In this document: positions 61,633-64,000 of the stretch, piece after piece | Position numbering within the stretch: position 1 is the stretch's first letter | Layout of the letters: each line of letters opens with the position of its first letter | Origin: Candidatus Sigynarchaeum calidifontis | GTDB lineage: Archaea; Asgardarchaeota; Lokiarchaeia; Sigyniarchaeales; Sigyniarchaeaceae | Direction of reading: 5' to 3' | Length of the DNA stretch: 64,000 nucleotides | Assembly: GCA_030587475.2 (NCBI GenBank) | Contig: JAUQYZ020000035.1 | Coordinates: forward strand, 10,296 to 74,295 | Made by a program: the position numbers and the translations under genes | The notes under the pieces: generated by a model | What the model saw: the letters and a program-made list of their open reading frames with translations, nothing else | What the model was told of the DNA's origin: nothing | The model's database searches: none

Positions 61633-62148
61633 ATGGTACAGAGCACGTACAAGGGGAAAACCGTCATCATCGGGGACAGCGCGGTTGGCAAGACATCGTT
61701 GATCTCGTGTTTTGTCGAGCATAAATTTCCCAATGACTATCTGCCCACGATCGGGACGAACTTGTACGTGAAAGAAATAGTCGTGTCGAACAAAATCCAC
61801 TTTCAAATGACATGCTGGGACATCGCGGGGGAAAAGAAATGGACGGTCATGCGAAAGCTCTATTATAAAGGGGCCACGGGCGTGTTCATGGTGGCGGACC
61901 TCTCCCGCAAGGAGACCTTCGAGAACCTGAAGACTTACTGGCTCGAGGACATGAAACAGCACTGCGACAACGTGCCCGTGATCCTGCTCGCTAACAAGGA
62001 TGATCTGCCAAGTGTTGTCGACGACACCTATATCCAATCAATCGCGGATGAACTTCATGCCATCGCCGTCTACCGGACATCCGCGAAGGCTGAAAAAAAC
62101 GTGAATGATGCCTTTCTTGCCCTCGTTAAAGCAATGCTGTCACGATAG
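61633..62148 (+). CDS. Rab-like small GTPase
   Basis: GDSAVGKT, YLPTIG, WDIAGE, YYKGA, ANKDD, TSAK. Confidence 0.93.
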   Translation: MVQSTYKGKTVIIGDSAVGKTSLISCFVEHKFPNDYLPTIGTNLYVKEIVVSNKIHFQMTCWDIAGEKKWTVMRKLYYKGATGVFMVADLSRKETFENLKTYWLEDMKQHCDNVPVILLANKDDLPSVVDDTYIQSIADELHAIAVYRTSAKAEKNVNDAFLALVKAMLSR

Positions 62149-62157
62149 GAGGCAAGC

Positions 62158-62538
62158 GTGTTTGGTTGGCAAGCGAGGACCAGGATAAAGTCGCAAGAAA
62201 AAGCTTTATGGTCGAGATCTTTCGTCCAGAATGGAGTCGCTGCTGCCATCCTTGCAAAAACAAGTATCGATTGGACGGATGAAACAATGTTGGAACGCAT
62301 CGAATCCATCAAGATGATCTTGGGAGACATGGGGATCAAGATCATGAAGGCCTTGTACCTCGGCCCGATGGACGTGAAATCGATCAACTTCTTGTCTGGC
62401 GTTCCGATCGAATGCATCCGTGGACGCATTCCGGTCTTGAAGAGCTTAAATCTGATAAAGGAGGTAGGCAACGCTTATGCACTCGACAAGGAGGGCGAGG
62501 CGTTCCTGCGATCGATCGAAGGTACCAAGGTCGATTAA
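62158..62538 (+). CDS. Winged-helix protein
   Basis: KIMKALYLGPM..SGVPIECIRGRIPVLKSLNLI..YALDKEG; GGAGG SD. Confidence 0.7.
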   Translation: MFGWQARTRIKSQEKALWSRSFVQNGVAAAILAKTSIDWTDETMLERIESIKMILGDMGIKIMKALYLGPMDVKSINFLSGVPIECIRGRIPVLKSLNLIKEVGNAYALDKEGEAFLRSIEGTKVD

Positions 62539-62558
62539 ATGAAAACGGGGCCGCGCGT

Positions 62559-63032
62559 CTAGATCTCGCGTAGCTTGTAGGTTAAATCCTCGATGATCCT
62601 GTCACGGGTCTTGAGCACTTGAAGATCCTTCTCGATGTTAACTTCCTTCACGATGTCCTCGATGCATTTATCTATGAATTGTGCTTTTATCTTTTCCAAG
62701 CCTTCATCATTGAACCTGTATATTTCTTTCGTTTTACGAGCGCTGGATGTTCGCGTGTTCGATACAAGCTCGCAAATCCCTTTCTCCTCCCACCGGGTCA
62801 AGATGATGCGGATCACTTTATGAAACAAGGAGAACTTGGTCTTTTCCAAGTTCAGCTTGTCCATGATGATCTTGGTGATTTGCGTGGATGGAAACTCGTT
62901 CGAGTGAAATTTCGAGTTTACCCGGAGCACGTATGCCCAGATCAAGGCCTCGTATTTCCTGATATCGTTCAAGAGGTTGTTGATGCCCTTCTCGTACGAC
63001 GAGAGCTCCGAATTGTCGCGTGCATCGCTCAT
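62559..63032 (-). CDS. Hypothetical protein (possible winged helix)
   Basis: 157-aa ORF; ILTRWEEKGIC...IYRFNDEGL resembles the recognition helix and wing. Confidence 0.6.
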   Translation of the reverse strand: MSDARDNSELSSYEKGINNLLNDIRKYEALIWAYVLRVNSKFHSNEFPSTQITKIIMDKLNLEKTKFSLFHKVIRIILTRWEEKGICELVSNTRTSSARKTKEIYRFNDEGLEKIKAQFIDKCIEDIVKEVNIEKDLQVLKTRDRIIEDLTYKLREI

Positions 63033-63133
63033 GGAACTATCTTTAAACGTTTTATTCGTTCATCCATTAGACTGTAATGTACCACTCACCTCGAAAAAAT
63101 AAACCTTCACTTCTCGTAGCCGGGCTGATACGC

Positions 63134-63697
63134 ATGTCGTTCATGGTGCCGATGGATCGCGTCGCCGTCATCATCGGAAAGGACGGTTCTACAAAGAAAC
63201 GCATCGAGATGCTGACGAGTACCGAAATCGACATCGATAGCAAGACCGGCTCGGTCATCATCAAGAAAAAAGAAGGCCCTGAATCGAACATCGGTGATTG
63301 GATAGCCCAGAACGTCATCAAGGCCATTGCAAGGGGGTTCAACCCGGCGATTGCTGAAAAATTGGTCGATGAGGAGTATATATTCGAGATTATCGACCTG
63401 GAGCGCGCCGTGGGCAAATCAAGCAGCCAGATCCACCGCGTCAAGTCCCGTCTCATCGGTGAAGGCGGCAAGACGTGGAAGACCATCGAAACCATGGCCG
63501 AGGTGCACTTGCAAGTGTTCGGGAACACGGTTTCGCTGATCGGGAAGTACGAGGAGCTGCGGATCGCGCGCGAGGCGATCAACATGCTCCTGACTGGGAG
63601 AAACCACGCGGGTGTTTACAAGTACTTGCAAAAGATGCACGAGGAACTCAAGCGCAAGCGCATGGCAAGCACGTGGAAGCCCGCTGCCGAGTTCTAG
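63134..63697 (+). CDS. KH-domain pre-rRNA processing protein (Dim2/Pno1-like)
   Basis: RVAVIIGKDGSTK, AIARGF, RLIGEGGKT, GNTVSLIG, GRNHAGVY. Confidence 0.92.
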   Translation: MSFMVPMDRVAVIIGKDGSTKKRIEMLTSTEIDIDSKTGSVIIKKKEGPESNIGDWIAQNVIKAIARGFNPAIAEKLVDEEYIFEIIDLERAVGKSSSQIHRVKSRLIGEGGKTWKTIETMAEVHLQVFGNTVSLIGKYEELRIAREAINMLLTGRNHAGVYKYLQKMHEELKRKRMASTWKPAAEF

Positions 63698-64000
63698 AAA
63701 ATGCCAGGATGTCTGGCTAAGCAATAGAGTGCCGGGACATTTTTTCGGGGAAAGGAACATCGCTCACCTGTGTCGACAGATCGCGTGGCAGACCGGGGCA
63801 GAATTCGTGATTGTATTCGTGAGGCCAGCCACGAGAGTCGATAGTGATAGCAGATCGAAAAAGCCGATCGCGAAGGTCGTTCGCTGGAGCCGATGGGGCG
63901 GATCAAACCGATTTGGCCTTCTTGACCAAAACACGAGCCGCCCGAGGCTGAGGAGAACCGGGGGTTGAACGCCTCGCCCGAAGGCTTGGCGCGCACGCCC

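Noticed and set aside
63698-64000. GC-rich end of the window as a possible RNase P/SRP RNA or MITE
   Set aside because: No diagnostic conserved motif recognised, and the window truncates it; needs an Rfam search

Overview
Gene-dense archaeal chromosome segment. It is most likely from an Asgard archaeon (Lokiarchaeia-like). This is inferred from archaeal informational genes (eS30, eS17, eL43, uL3/uL4/uL23, exosome Rrp4/41/42, SBDS, prefoldin beta, Cdc6/Orc1, KEOPS-like subunits, a BHB-intron tRNA, GGTGA Shine-Dalgarno sites) occurring together with eukaryotic-signature-type genes (Rab-like GTPases, roadblock domains, V4R/Bet3-like proteins, AN1 zinc finger). It holds about 70 CDS and 3 tRNAs: Ala-CGC, Pro-CGG, and Glu-CTC with a non-canonical 28-nt intron. 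Metabolic genes include thiolase/DUF35, coaBC, a LysW carrier cluster, porGDAB, an ECF module, and bacterial-type ValRS, GpmA, TpiA and PPi-type PFK. The most interesting loci are two compact small-GTPase operons. (1) 37154-39855: tandem-roadblock protein, putative DENN/folliculin-like protein, MglA-family GTPase and a pilin-like small membrane protein. (2) 56005-58135: two V4R/Bet3-like proteins and a roadblock-Rab fusion, resembling a minimal TRAPP-Rab module. I recognised no CRISPR array, rRNA, transposase or integrase. All family assignments come from reading motifs by eye; no database searches were run.
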